Positions 14,053 through 27,635 of a stretch of 64,000 bases of DNA are shown one piece after another (position 1 is the stretch's first letter; every line of letters begins with the position of its first letter). Under the pieces are notes generated by a model that was given only the letters and a program-made list of their open reading frames with translations, made no database searches and was not told the origin of the DNA. The position numbers were made by a program, and so were the translations under genes. The DNA comes from Eledone cirrhosa (lineage: Eukaryota). The stretch is taken from assembly GCA_964016885.1 (NCBI GenBank), contig OZ024749.1, forward strand, positions 45,074,001 through 45,138,000. The letters run 5' to 3'.

Positions 14053-14529
14053 TCAGTTTTAATATTATTCTGTTAAAAGACAAAATTGACCAAGTGACAT
14101 TTATCTATTTATACATGAATCACAGAAACTGGTGCGTCGAAAGTATAATCCCCTTATCAAACATCCGGTGTCACTGACTCTAGTTGTTTCTCGAAGAAAA
14201 TACCTTAGGGTATTCTGAATTTACAATTTCTGTGCGTTTAATGGATCGACCTCGTGTTACTTGCTATTTGTTTACATCGGAACTATGAAACTCATATTTT
14301 GCTAAATCGATTAAGACCACATAATAACCTAGCTCAGCTGGATGGCTTACATATTGACACTGTCAATAAATTGATCACATTGTGTATACATCCAACTCTC
14401 TCATAGTCTATTCGAGTGAGATGGGGGCGTATTGTTGGTGCTACAGTTGTTATTTAAACTCATGTTTGTAATATCATTACACACTCATTTCATTCGAATA
14501 TAATACTACGCTATACAATGAAGTCTAAG

Positions 14530-14620
14530 AAAGGCATGCCAAACAGAGTATTCCCCAAGGGCCGCATGGGTAACATATATTTTATCTGAGGGCCGCACAC
14601 GACAACTAATTGTGCACATT
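14530..14620 (+). mobile_element. hAT-type MITE, left-end fragment
   Basis: aggcatgccaaac...gagggccgcacacgacaactaattgtgcacat, homologous to 36829-36907. Confidence 0.65.
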
Positions 14621-15076
14621 ACAACTAATTAAATTAATTTAACAGTCAGATAAAATTTATTGCAGAAAAATGTGTTACTTTGATTTAGATACATACAATG
14701 TTCATACAAATATTTTAGCGGCATTCATGAACACAAAGTAATGAAGTGGTTTGACAAATAACTAAAATGTTAAATGGCAATATATACTTGCAGCTTGCAA
14801 CAGCAACAGATACAATGTACAAACATTTCAACAGTTCAAAATTGAACAACAAAACTGAATAGAGAGAGGAGGGGGAGAAATGAAGTGTGACAGAAATGAA
14901 ACAGGTTAAAATATAGTCTAGTTAGATGAGAAACAAAACGAGGATGTAGCTTATGGAACACCCAAATGATTTAGATGTCGACCTTAAGCAATAACATTAA
15001 GAAAGACATGAACATTATTTTGTATTGAAAATTTTGAAAGTAGGTTTATAAGAATGAATTTAGAGTAGATTTCGTA

Positions 15077-15167
15077 GCTGTCTCCGTGGTCTAGTGGTAG
15101 GTACTAGAGACGGTGGAGATCCTGGTCCTGGGTTCAGTCCGAGTCTAGAGGTACAAGTAAACTTTTT
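15077..15167 (+). ncRNA. tRNA-His-like Pol III unit (pseudo-tRNA)
   Basis: A box tggtctagtgg, GTG at the anticodon position, B-box-like ggttcagtccgagtc, T5 terminator; stems are imperfect, so not a canonical tRNA. Confidence 0.5.
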
Positions 15168-15199
15168 CAGTTTTTAATTTACATCCCATAGAAAAACTC

Positions 15200-15296
15200 A
15201 AAAAGGTCTACCGGGAACCCTACTCCCGTCCAGGATCGAACTTCAGACCACGATCACCACGGTCTATGATCCTTCCAACTAGGCCACTGAGACAGC
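15200..15296 (-). ncRNA. tRNA-like Pol III unit, convergent partner
   Basis: Minus strand gctgtctcagtggcctagttggaagg...ccgtggtg...gttcgatcc...ccttttt. Confidence 0.5.
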
Positions 15297-15552
15297 TTCA
15301 AAAGTGTAATGAAAATTAATAATTATAAACCTACTTTCAAAATCAAAGTTTAAAAGATGTGGTGTCGTTCATGGCTTTCCTAGAGCTATTAGTCATATTT
15401 AGGGTCGACTTGTCGATCTTCTGGCTCTTTGATAACAACCTTATTATTCCTATATGTTTGACTGTTGAGTTAACTTAATTTGATTATTTTAACAAACAAA
15501 TATCATATATATATAATGCCAACATTGTAAGTTTAAATATGACATGCAAAAA

Positions 15553-15618
<66 letters not shown>

Positions 15619-15656
15619 TAAGGTATGCCCAAATCCTACTTGATTAATATATCACT

Positions 15657-16240
15657 GAGAGAGGGGGGAATGGGGTGTGACAGAAATGAAACATGGATTA
15701 CAGGTTAAAATATAGTCTAGTTAGATGAGAAACTAAACGAGGATGTAGCTTATGGAACACCCACATGATATAGATGTCGACCTTAAATAGGAGCAATAAC
15801 ATTAAGAAAGACATGAACATTATTTTATATGAACATTTTGAAAGTAGACTTATAAGAATGAATTTTCAGCATATTTCCGTCGCTGTCTCCGTGGCCTAGC
15901 GGTAGGTACTAGAGACGGTGGAGATCCTGGTCTTGAGCTCAATCTTGATCAAGATGTACATGTAATCTATTTCAGTTTTTATTTTACATCCCATAGGAAA
16001 AAAAAATACTGAACATGTTTACCGGGAACCCTACTCCCGACCAGGATCGAACTTCATACCACGATCACTACCGTCTACGATTCCTCCAACTAAGCCACTG
16101 CGACAGCTATAAACGAATAGTGAAAATTAATAATTATAAACCTACTTTCAAAATCAAAGTTTAAAAGATGTGGTGTCTTTCATGGCTTTCCGAGAGCTAT
16201 TATTATATAGTTAGGGTCGACTTGTCAAACTTCTGGCTCT
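15657..16240. repeat. Copy 2 of the duplicated twin-tRNA-like palindromic unit
   Basis: Same order of motifs; palindrome 15776-16221; tRNA-like heads start at 15882 (+) and 16107 (-). Confidence 0.9.
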
Positions 16241-17211
16241 GGCTAAGTAATGTATTCTCTGAGAGCATCTTGGTCAGGCTATGAACATCACAGACTATGA
16301 ACCTCTGAGCCGACCCACGTACAATGAAGATGAAAAGCCTTTAGCGAGCTGCAGTATAAAGAAGATAGTAATTGTTTGGAGGAGAGGTCCCTGTTGTATT
16401 AAAGTAAAGATAACTGATAGAATATTGAGAGTAATTGTAAAGATTGTCTTTCTGAATATGTTGCTTTTTTTTCGATAGGTTCATGAAGCAAAGTGAAGGT
16501 AACTGGATTCAGCAAGGAATTGAAACCGCTTCGTTAAATCAAAATCATCACAAAACCTACATCCAGCACGTAGTAGCTCATAAATGAATAAATAAAAGTT
16601 TTAATACAATTAAGCAATATCAGATATTTCTCTAAATTTCCCTATCTTCTATCATTACTTATAATTATAAAAGAAGGAGAAATTGATATTTGTAAAATGA
16701 AATATAAAAAAAAAATTCAATATTAATTGAAAATACACATCTTTGTGATTGAATCACATTAAAAAAGAATCATTATGAAGATTATGATAACCATTCGAAA
16801 TGTCTTTGTTGTTTAGCCTTTAAATTAGAAAACTTTTCAAAAATATTTATGATAAATATCACATAAAATGTTTTCTCATTTTAACCAATTAAAACGGCCA
16901 ATGGTTAATAAAAGTTTAAAGGAAAAAATATATAATAAACGTAGGATAATATTTTTTTGCATAACAACAACCACGAACATATTTACGAAAATTATGGTGA
17001 TTCCTTTATAATTCTTTAAATAATATCTATTGAAATGGCTTCAAATTAATCCTTGGCTCGAGTACCTTCTCCAATTTATGAATAAAAATGTCTTAAAATA
17101 CAGATAATTTTTTTTATTCCAAATTTAAATAAGCTTATTACCAAAAGTAGATCAGATGAATTACATATTGTAAGAATCAAAATATTGATTAAATATTATA
17201 TGTATATATAA

Positions 17212-17246
<35 letters not shown>

Positions 17247-17248
17247 CA

Positions 17249-17309
<61 letters not shown>

Positions 17310-17341
17310 TTATATATATATATATATACATGTATATATAA

Positions 17342-17376
<35 letters not shown>

Positions 17377-17378
17377 CA

Positions 17379-17441
<63 letters not shown>

Positions 17442-17533
17442 TTATATATATATATATATACATGTATATATAAGTGTGTGTGTGTGTATATATATATATA
17501 ATATATAGGTTACGTTTGTGTGATGGAATATTA

Positions 17534-17570
<37 letters not shown>

Positions 17571-17594
17571 TTAAGTTTGTGTGATGGAATATTA

Positions 17595-17644
<50 letters not shown>

Positions 17645-18042
17645 TAATACTGATGAGAGAGGTGATATCGAGTTTAAAATTATTCTTGGGCTTTAAGGGT
17701 TTTCATCTTCTTTGCTTTTAGTTATAGGTAAATCCCCCTACACCTCCTCATTCTCTTTTTCGTCATTTGTGCATTTTATTCTACGTCTCTTTACTGATTT
17801 TTTTTCTTTTCTGCTTATCATATTTCTCCCATTACATAACATATGCGTTTTAATAATGCCACCGAACAGAATATCGATTTATGCAGCGATTCAGACAATT
17901 TCTCTCAAGTATTAATAAAATCATGGAATATACAGTTCGTTAGAACGACTCTATATATATATATGTATATACTTATATTCATATACATGTACATATATAT
18001 ATATATATATATATATACGTATTGATACATGTAACGTGTAAG

Positions 18043-18130
<88 letters not shown>

Positions 18131-18886
18131 GCGTGCATGTGTGTGTAGTGTATGCGTGTGTGCTTGTAGGGGCGAGTACTTTATGAACACTAGTACATAG
18201 AACGGTCAATCCTTAAATAAATGAGTACATGGTTTATTTTCAGAACAAATTTCGCAGTGACTTCGGAATATTTAAGCTGGTGCCTCCTTCGTTATTATAT
18301 ATTAATCAAATCTGTCCGGTTAAAGCCCAACTCCATGCATTTCGAATATAGATTTGTTTTTCAGAGTTTGCAACCAGGTTTCGATTCCAGTTCTCGGTCA
18401 TCTGATTTCTTTCAATTGTTCTACCTACATTATTGACAACGAATAAACCAAATATCCCCCATTTCCTTGTATATTTTCGTCCAAATCATACACCAATCGT
18501 CAATGATGACATATTGTTCGAATTAGCCATTCCAGCCATTTAAGGACATATAATACCCTAGCAATGAAGTAGACAAAGTCAATGGACTAAGAATGGAAAA
18601 ACAGTAAAACTCACCATATGTATTTACACATAACTTCATCTTATAGAGCCCGCAATCCGGACTCTATAAGTCATTATAGATATTTCATATCTTTTATTTA
18701 CCATATATTTAATTACACGCAGGAGACAACACACTGATGACACTGCACTAAAAAACACATCATTATTTTTACGAGATACTATAATGCGTACGAGCTTTGT
18801 TATTTAAATTTGTATAATAAAAAATATATCTAACGATAAACCGAAACACAAAGCCTCGCTTTCTCTATATATTTATATGTATTTAT

Positions 18887-19016
<130 letters not shown>

Positions 19017-19031
19017 TATATATGTATGTAC

Positions 19032-19081
<50 letters not shown>

Positions 19082-19085
19082 GTAC

Positions 19086-19152
<67 letters not shown>

Positions 19153-19668
19153 GTACATACATACAACATCTAAAAGAGTTCATGGGAAAATTGTGGAGAA
19201 AAGATACTCTACATATTTAGCTTGATGGCGTATCCCAGCAAAAACTCCCTTCCCATTCACACACAAAATTACGAAAACATCTCAGTGGAGAACAGACAAC
19301 GAAATCCCCTGTATCCCAAATTTCCAATTCTGGGGCCCATTCGTCTGACGCAATGACGTTGTAAATATGTGTCGGAAGAAAACAACCATCATGTTTCCAG
19401 TTCAGCAATGGAGATATCAACGGAAACCAACATAAATAGAAGACGGTCAGTAAATACCCACATCTGACCCTTATGTTTGTGAGCGGTAGATGAGTCTTGG
19501 TGTTGATTGAAAAATAACTTTTTTGATTATTGTAAAAAAATGGTCAACTTCTTTCATATAAACTGTTACCTTCCCCATTGTATTTGTGTTGCCATGATTT
19601 TAATAATCAACCAATCAATACATATATATATACATATACACACACACACACACACACACATATATATG

Positions 19669-19726
<58 letters not shown>

Positions 19727-19730
19727 TATG

Positions 19731-19762
<32 letters not shown>

Positions 19763-19769
19763 CATATAC

Positions 19770-19808
<39 letters not shown>

Positions 19809-19838
19809 AGTGTGTTTGTGTGTGTGTGTATATATATG

Positions 19839-19918
<80 letters not shown>

Positions 19919-19924
<6 letters not shown>

Positions 19925-19970
19925 TAACCCATGCTAGCGTGGAAGAACGGACGTAAAACGGTGATGATGA
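19919..19970 (+). mobile_element. 3' tail fragment of Meta-type SINE
   Basis: ccgtctaacccatgctagcgtggaagaacggacgtaaaac + (TGA)n, matching 25840-25905. Confidence 0.7.
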
Positions 19971-20042
<72 letters not shown>

Positions 20043-20176
20043 AAGTGTTTCAAAAAACGTCGCAAATGCAATAAATGAAAAACATCATTTCACAACTACA
20101 CCAGGCTGGATTGTTTGAAGTATTGTCTTTATACGTCTAGTATATTATCTACATACATATATACATATATATATAC

Positions 20177-20317
<141 letters not shown>

Positions 20318-20328
20318 CATATATATAT

Positions 20329-20443
<115 letters not shown>

Positions 20444-20569
20444 AACATATATATATATAAGTTTATAATTACCATTTTGCACCGTTGGTATTCGTTGGTA
20501 TCCGTTGCCTATAACAATAGAGACGATATCCCTCATCAGAAGGGCTTTTTTTATTTTATTTTACTCCAT

Positions 20570-20765
<196 letters not shown>

Positions 20766-21001
20766 ACATGATGCATTGTTTTAAACAGATATTTTATTTG
20801 TTGTAAAGCGCAGTGAGTAATATTCCGACGTTTTGGGCTTTCACGTGTTTCAAAGTGTCTATTGTTCTTTGCCAAATAGTTTCAGTAGAACAATATGAAA
20901 TAAATTTTCATGTAGGTGGCTATCATGTGTGTTAGGCTGGCAGATTGAACGCGTCTTTGAAGCTGGGCATGGTAGATTTCATGCACTATCTGACACCTTA
21001 C

Positions 21002-21079
<78 letters not shown>

Positions 21080-21095
21080 TATGTATATATATATA

Positions 21096-21142
21096 TTATG
21101 GAATACTGTTGGCTTTTCGCTACAATGTTTTCTATACCTTTC

Positions 21143-21147
<5 letters not shown>
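21096..21147. mobile_element. Short TA-embedded element, family D
   Basis: attatggaatactgttggctt...ctatacctttcattt recurs at 53667-53718, also within TA. Confidence 0.7.
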
Positions 21148-21217
<70 letters not shown>

Positions 21218-21232
21218 TTCATATATATTCAT

Positions 21233-21279
<47 letters not shown>

Positions 21280-21282
21280 AAT

Positions 21283-21340
<58 letters not shown>

Positions 21341-21828
21341 AAGAAAGAGAGAGGGTTAGATATAGATATAGATATAGATATATATAGATATATATAGATA
21401 GATATATAGATATATACACATAGTAAATGAGTGAAGAATACTACAGATATATGTGAATGTATATATATATATATATATATGAAGCTTGTCGTCGTTATTA
21501 TGATTATGATCATGATGATGGTGTAGATGAAAATGGTGATTACGACAACGACTATTCGGAAGTTAGACTAATTTGCTATGTTTATTTAAATGTTAGTAAA
21601 ACGTTATAATATATTACAAATTATTCTCATGTGTGTCTCTCTTTGGTTTATGTTTCCAGTTCTCTATTTGTCTGTATATTACTCTATATTTTATGAGATA
21701 ATCTTTGCTGAAAAAAATAAATTAAATTTCTTTATATTTCGTACACGATTCTTTTTTCCCCCTGATAATAACTCTTAAAAACGAAAAACCTAATAAAAAA
21801 ATCTAATAATAGTAACTAACATAAAATG

Positions 21829-21930
<102 letters not shown>

Positions 21931-21943
21931 TGTGTGTGTGTGT

Positions 21944-21980
<37 letters not shown>

Positions 21981-22075
21981 CGTATGTGTGCGTGTACGTA
22001 AATAGAGAGAGAGAGAAAGAAATTAAAATTCAATTTAATAATAAATAAATGGTAATAATAACGAATATAGGATAT

Positions 22076-22170
<95 letters not shown>

Positions 22171-22785
22171 AGTGTGTGTGTGAGTGGAGGGACACGTGTG
22201 TATGTGTGTATGTATATATATTTATATATAAGTATATATATATATATATATATATATAAATATATATATATACATATATGAAAATAAAAATAAATACCTA
22301 AATCTTAATGCCAATTCGTTTCCTTCGATTTTCTTTGAATAAGGAAGATTCCTCAACGTTTCCTTCAGGACTAAACGTTCGTCCTTTATTAAAAACTCTA
22401 TGATAATTCATCTCACACAACATAGCCAATCTTGATCTCTTTCTGCTTAAGGTTATAGTTTCTTATATGAAAAATAAAATAATTGCGAAAATCTCCGTCA
22501 CTATAGAAATAAATATTAATATCTCCCTCTGAGCAATTCCATTTTAATATTATTATTAGTATTATTTTTTTAATATTGCTATATTATTGATTTTTTCATG
22601 GTTATTATTATTGTCATTATTATTTATTTATTTCATTCTTATAATCTTCTTGCTGACCTATCACGAGATTTTGAATTTGAAAAAAAGGAAAAATTAAATA
22701 ATGATAATAATATCAGTGATAATAATGAGGTCGGTGCTGATGTTGATGGATGATAATGACAACGATAATGATGATGATGACGACG

Positions 22786-22916
<131 letters not shown>

Positions 22917-23580
22917 ACTATTTTTTTGCGGCGTAACGGAAGAAATCTTGAAGTCAGCCATACTGAACGTTTTCATGGTACATACAAAGCTCTTGACACG
23001 GATCCCTTAAAACTATGTTATTGAATAAAAGAAACAATTTTAAGTCGGAGGGCATGTCCCGAAATTTATAGGGGCCGATTGAAGGATTGAAAGGAGCGAT
23101 AAACGTTATGACCGCGTCAAGGGTATATTGTTAGTAGCTTGGGGGTATTAAGTGTGCTGAACTGATCGAGGGAAACTTTGTGTTAAAATTGGTTTCTGAA
23201 ATTTTACGCGTACCTCATGAACACTACAGCACATGCAAAAATGTATTTTAGCTGTCCTGAGTAATCCCATGCAGGGTCAACTTTAATGGTATTCTAGTGC
23301 TATTGGTGTTTTAGTAATTATTTCTTTGGCCCTAGGTTAAAACTGAACTAATAGATATTCGTGATCATGATTTGTATATTTATATAATGTGTGAAATTGC
23401 AGTCTTGCCGATATGTCCTATATTATAAAGAGTCGAGACCCGACGGCTAATCTCTTACCGTTTCAAAAGCTTGTTCCAGACTGATTGCCGAAGGGCTTGG
23501 CGGTTTATTGGCTGCACCATCATCATCATCATCATCATCATCCTCATCATCATCATAGTCATTATATATATATGTAAAAG

Positions 23581-23770
23581 GGCGGTGGATTGTCAGTATC
23601 GGTAGAGGGTCGGATGCCATGCTATGACGCATAGAGTTACGGTCCTGGCCATTCTGAGTTCAAGTCCCGCCGTGTCAAACTTTGCCTTTCATCGTTACGG
23701 GGTCGATAAAATAAAGTACCAGTAATGCACTGGGTAATTGCTGGCCTTGTGCCAAAAGTAGAAACAATTA
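23581..23770 (+). mobile_element. Nin/Deu-type SINE
   Basis: Full-length consensus match. Confidence 0.9.
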
Positions 23771-24210
23771 TATATATATGTATTAATCATGATAGATTCA
23801 GTTTGAAACTGGTTGGACCATATTTATATATATATATATATACGTATGTATGGAGATATTATACCGTCATATACGAACACAATTTAAGGTATCTTCGCTG
23901 ACACTGTGATTTTACTAAGGTATATTCGATAAACATCTTCCTTTTGAAATGTTTTACAAACTTTCTTTCCATATTTTTCTTGTTAATATGTACGTAAACG
24001 CTAAAACCTTGAAGCAAAAAGCAGTTAGATGTCAACACCAAAACACAAAATCTAATACAATCACTGCAATAATCGAGGAAAATACATTATTTAGAGAAAG
24101 ACAAACAAAAGCAAAACGAAATTACATCGAAACAAATATTCGAAGAAAAAGTCAGATTAATTTGCAATCTCCTGTCGAAAACTGATAGTTTTCGAAACAT
24201 ATATATATAT

Positions 24211-24461
24211 ATAGTAATAATAATAAAATTGAAGACTAAAATCCAAAGAGGGCACGATAAGGAAAATATATATCAAATATATAAGAACCGTAGAGCAAAT
24301 ATTTATTAAAATAACAGATTAAAGTTTAAGCAAAGAATCGCTGCTTTCACCCTTAACGGGATCTTCTGAAACTAACAAAGTCAATCTCTTTGTTAGTTTC
24401 AGAAGATCCCGTTAAGGGTGAAAGCAGCGATTCTTTGCTTAAACTTTAATCTGTTATTTTA

Positions 24462-24469
<8 letters not shown>
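24211..24469. mobile_element. TA-tract element family B with a perfect 82-bp-arm palindrome (Penelope pLTR-like)
   Basis: Arms 24299-24380 / 24388-24469, loop tcaatct; contains CAGAAGA-tccc-gttaa-gggt-GAAA; other pieces at 41250, 55586 and 56411. Confidence 0.8.
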
Positions 24470-24523
<54 letters not shown>

Positions 24524-24528
<5 letters not shown>

Positions 24529-24660
24529 AAAAGAATCAGGAACCCGACGGTTGAGCTCCGGCTGTTTCAACAGTTAGATCCTAACTAAGTCACCAATATC
24601 AGAACGGCGGGAAACTACCTGAACTTATAAAATGGTACAGTCTATATATGTCCATGCAGT
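24524..24660 (-). mobile_element. Family A related fragment without fold-back
   Basis: ataggaaaagaatcaggaacccgacggttgagctccggctgtttc matches 6096-6140; continues through the hairpin agttag-atc-ctaact. Confidence 0.65.
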
Positions 24661-24713
24661 CAAAGCCCAAAAGTATATATATATATATGTATGTATATAT
24701 ATATATATACATA

Positions 24714-24798
24714 CAGGGTGTCCCCCCCCCCCCCCCCAAGTGTATACATCTTTATTAGAATGCTGCTGAAGTGTGTATACATTTTGGGGGACATCCTG
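24714..24798. mobile_element. Very short Tc1/mariner-type MITE
   Basis: TA|cagggtgtccccc...gggggacatcctg|TA, with TIRs extending to tgtataca. Confidence 0.8.
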
Positions 24799-25059
24799 TA
24801 TAAAATATATTCAACAGAAATAGCAAAATAGTTGCACCCACTGACAATTTCCTGCAAAGTCACCTAGATCAATTCCATGTATGTAGAATCGGGTGTTCTT
24901 TTGTGAGGGTGGGGGTATATTGTTACTGTACTGCATAAGTTTTCATATTGGGTTCAGCGTGTTATTTCTTGTGATATTTCAGTGTTTATTCTCTGCTGTA
25001 GGACCCAGAATTTACAGGTCTGGAGACTCAAGTAAGCAACATTACTATTAATAATAGAT

Positions 25060-25250
25060 GGCGGTGGATTGGCAGTATCGGTATAGGGTCGGACGCCATG
25101 ATTTCCAGCATAGTTACGTCCCTTTACGATCTGAGTTCAAATCCCGCCGAGGTTGACTTTGCTTTTCATCCTTACGGGGTCGATAAAATAAAGTACCAGT
25201 AATGCACTGGGTAATTGCTGGCCTTGTGCCTAAAGTAGAAACAATTATTA
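25060..25250 (+). mobile_element. Nin/Deu-type SINE
   Basis: Full-length consensus match. Confidence 0.9.
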
Positions 25251-25629
25251 TTTATAATAGTAATAATATTAACAATATTAAAAAAATTCCAACACACTGA
25301 ATGACACAGCCTGGATTCTGCAAACTCTGTCGTTCTTTATATTATATATTAATCAATATTTACAAAGTTGCCTGACACTCACATGCACACATACACATAC
25401 AAACACATATGCGCAAACATCCACACACACACACAAACAAACACACACAGACGCGAAAACATCCACACACAAACATATTCGTACACAGATACACGCACAC
25501 ACGTATACATAACTACAAACATACATACATATCTATACCCCCCCCCCCACACACATATATATATATATATATATAATTATATACATAAACACATTTATAT
25601 ATATTTTATTTATTTATTTATGTATATAC

Positions 25630-25669
<40 letters not shown>

Positions 25670-25671
<2 letters not shown>

Positions 25672-25907
25672 CGCCAGACAGTCCACGCTGTAATGAGGCC
25701 GTGTAGGCAACACGGTAAAAACCTCCCAGCCCCACACTATAAATGTGGTCGGTGTTAGGAAGGGCATCCAGCTGTAGTAAACCCGCCAGACAGTCCTATG
25801 CGAGCAAGTTAACCACTCTTGCCTCAAGTGGGAAAACCCCCGTCCAAACCCATGCAAGCGTGGAACACGGACGCTAAACCTGATGATGATGATGATGATG
25901 ATGATGA
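25670..25907 (+). mobile_element. Meta-type SINE, 5'-truncated, with (TGA)n tail
   Basis: ggtgttaggaagggcatccagctgta resembles the Meta domain; 3' ccatgcaagcgtggaacacggacgctaaac + TGA repeats. Confidence 0.65.
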
Positions 25908-25961
25908 TATATATAATTATATACATAAACACATTTATATTTATTTATTTATGTATATACG

Positions 25962-25998
<37 letters not shown>

Positions 25999-26044
25999 TA
26001 TACATAAACACATTTATATATATTTATTTATTTATGTATATACG

Positions 26045-26113
<69 letters not shown>

Positions 26114-26495
26114 GTGTACGCAAAACTATATTAATCGTTTGCATAGGTATACAAAGGAAGCAGATAGTTTGATGTGATAACATTGTGTTTCTTCACATGG
26201 CCTTATCTCGTTAAACTTCAACGGTTCCTTAGTTAGTTGACCGCAAAGATACCACTTCATATTTGACCGACAACGTCTACATTGTCTCCAGCTTTGCAAC
26301 GTAGGAGGCCGACGTGTACGTCTTTCTAACACACACGTACATGCACATATACGCTCCACAAACGCACGCAAGCACACATACACACACAAACACTCATTCT
26401 CTCTCACCCACTGTCTCACATCCATCTCTCTCCTTCTCGTCTTCTATCTATGTATATGTATATAACTATATATTTATATGTGCCTTGGCTTGTGT

Positions 26496-26533
<38 letters not shown>

Positions 26534-26584
26534 CAGTGATTTTATTATACATACGCATAGATATACATATACATATGCACGCGT

Positions 26585-26639
<55 letters not shown>

Positions 26640-26760
26640 GTTATATATATAAATGCACACACATATATATATACTTACAGACACACATACACACACATAT
26701 ATATATATATATATAAATATATATGTATATATACATATATACATACACATATATATATAT

Positions 26761-26794
<34 letters not shown>

Positions 26795-26798
<4 letters not shown>

Positions 26799-26998
26799 CA
26801 AAGGAATTGTGGTAAGGAACCAAATGGACAATAACGCACCAGAGTACTCAATACTTAGGGTAGTAGAGTGGGAAATAGGGAAAAGTATGACCCCGACGGC
26901 AGAGCTCAAGCCGTTGCGACGGCTATTTCTGGACGTAATATTCAGACATAGCCGTCAAAGCGGGTTGAGCTCCGTCGTCGGGTCATACTTTTCCCTAT
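26795..26998 (-). mobile_element. Family A copy with fold-back palindrome
   Basis: Longest central hairpin gacggctatttctggacgtaatattcagacatagccgtc; TA on both sides. Confidence 0.8.
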
Positions 26999-27026
26999 AT
27001 ATATATATATATATATACATACATAA

Positions 27027-27062
<36 letters not shown>

Positions 27063-27066
<4 letters not shown>

Positions 27067-27238
27067 CGAAGGAAATGTGGTAAGGAACCAGGTGGACCAT
27101 AACGCACCAAAGTACTCAATACTTGAGGTAGTAGAGTGGGTAATAGGAACCAGTAAGACCCCGACAGCTGAGCTCAAGCCGTTTCGACGGCCGTCGAAAC
27201 GGCTTGAGCTCAGCTGTCGGGGTCTTACTGGTTCCTAT
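27063..27238 (-). mobile_element. Family A copy with a perfect 96-bp spacerless palindrome
   Basis: 27143-27190 is the exact reverse complement of 27191-27238. Confidence 0.85.
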
Positions 27239-27521
27239 ATATATATATATATAAAGCCATACATATTTTGTACATAAGCAAACTCGCATAATTACATGTA
27301 GGTCTTTGAGTCGGGTTGAAGTATGTGGTATTAACCTATCAACAGACAATAGATATACACCATTTCCTTACGGCCTCCTCTTGTGTAAATGTCTGTACGG
27401 AGATCTACCAACGTAAGTAAAAGGAAGAATGGAAGATAGAAATAGAACCACTGTTACATAGATAAATAGAGGGAACGAGAAGGAATGTATGTTTAGATTT
27501 ATTCGAGAGCAAATGTGTAAT

Positions 27522-27635
<114 letters not shown>

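Larger units (their letters stand above)
14862..15428. repeat. Copy 1 of a tandemly duplicated ~570-bp unit containing an imperfect palindrome (14977-15409) with two convergent tRNA-like units
   Basis: Colinear with 15657-16240; inverted pairs gtcgacc/ggtcgac, ttttgaaagtaggtttataa/ttataaacctactttcaaaa, gctgtctc/gagacagc. Confidence 0.9.

Noticed and set aside
15077-16107. Functional tRNA-His genes
   Set aside because: Acceptor and anticodon stems do not pair properly, so they are kept only as tRNA-like units.
19215-19450. Degraded RTE ORF fragment
   Set aside because: Only faint motif resemblance, requiring several frameshifts.
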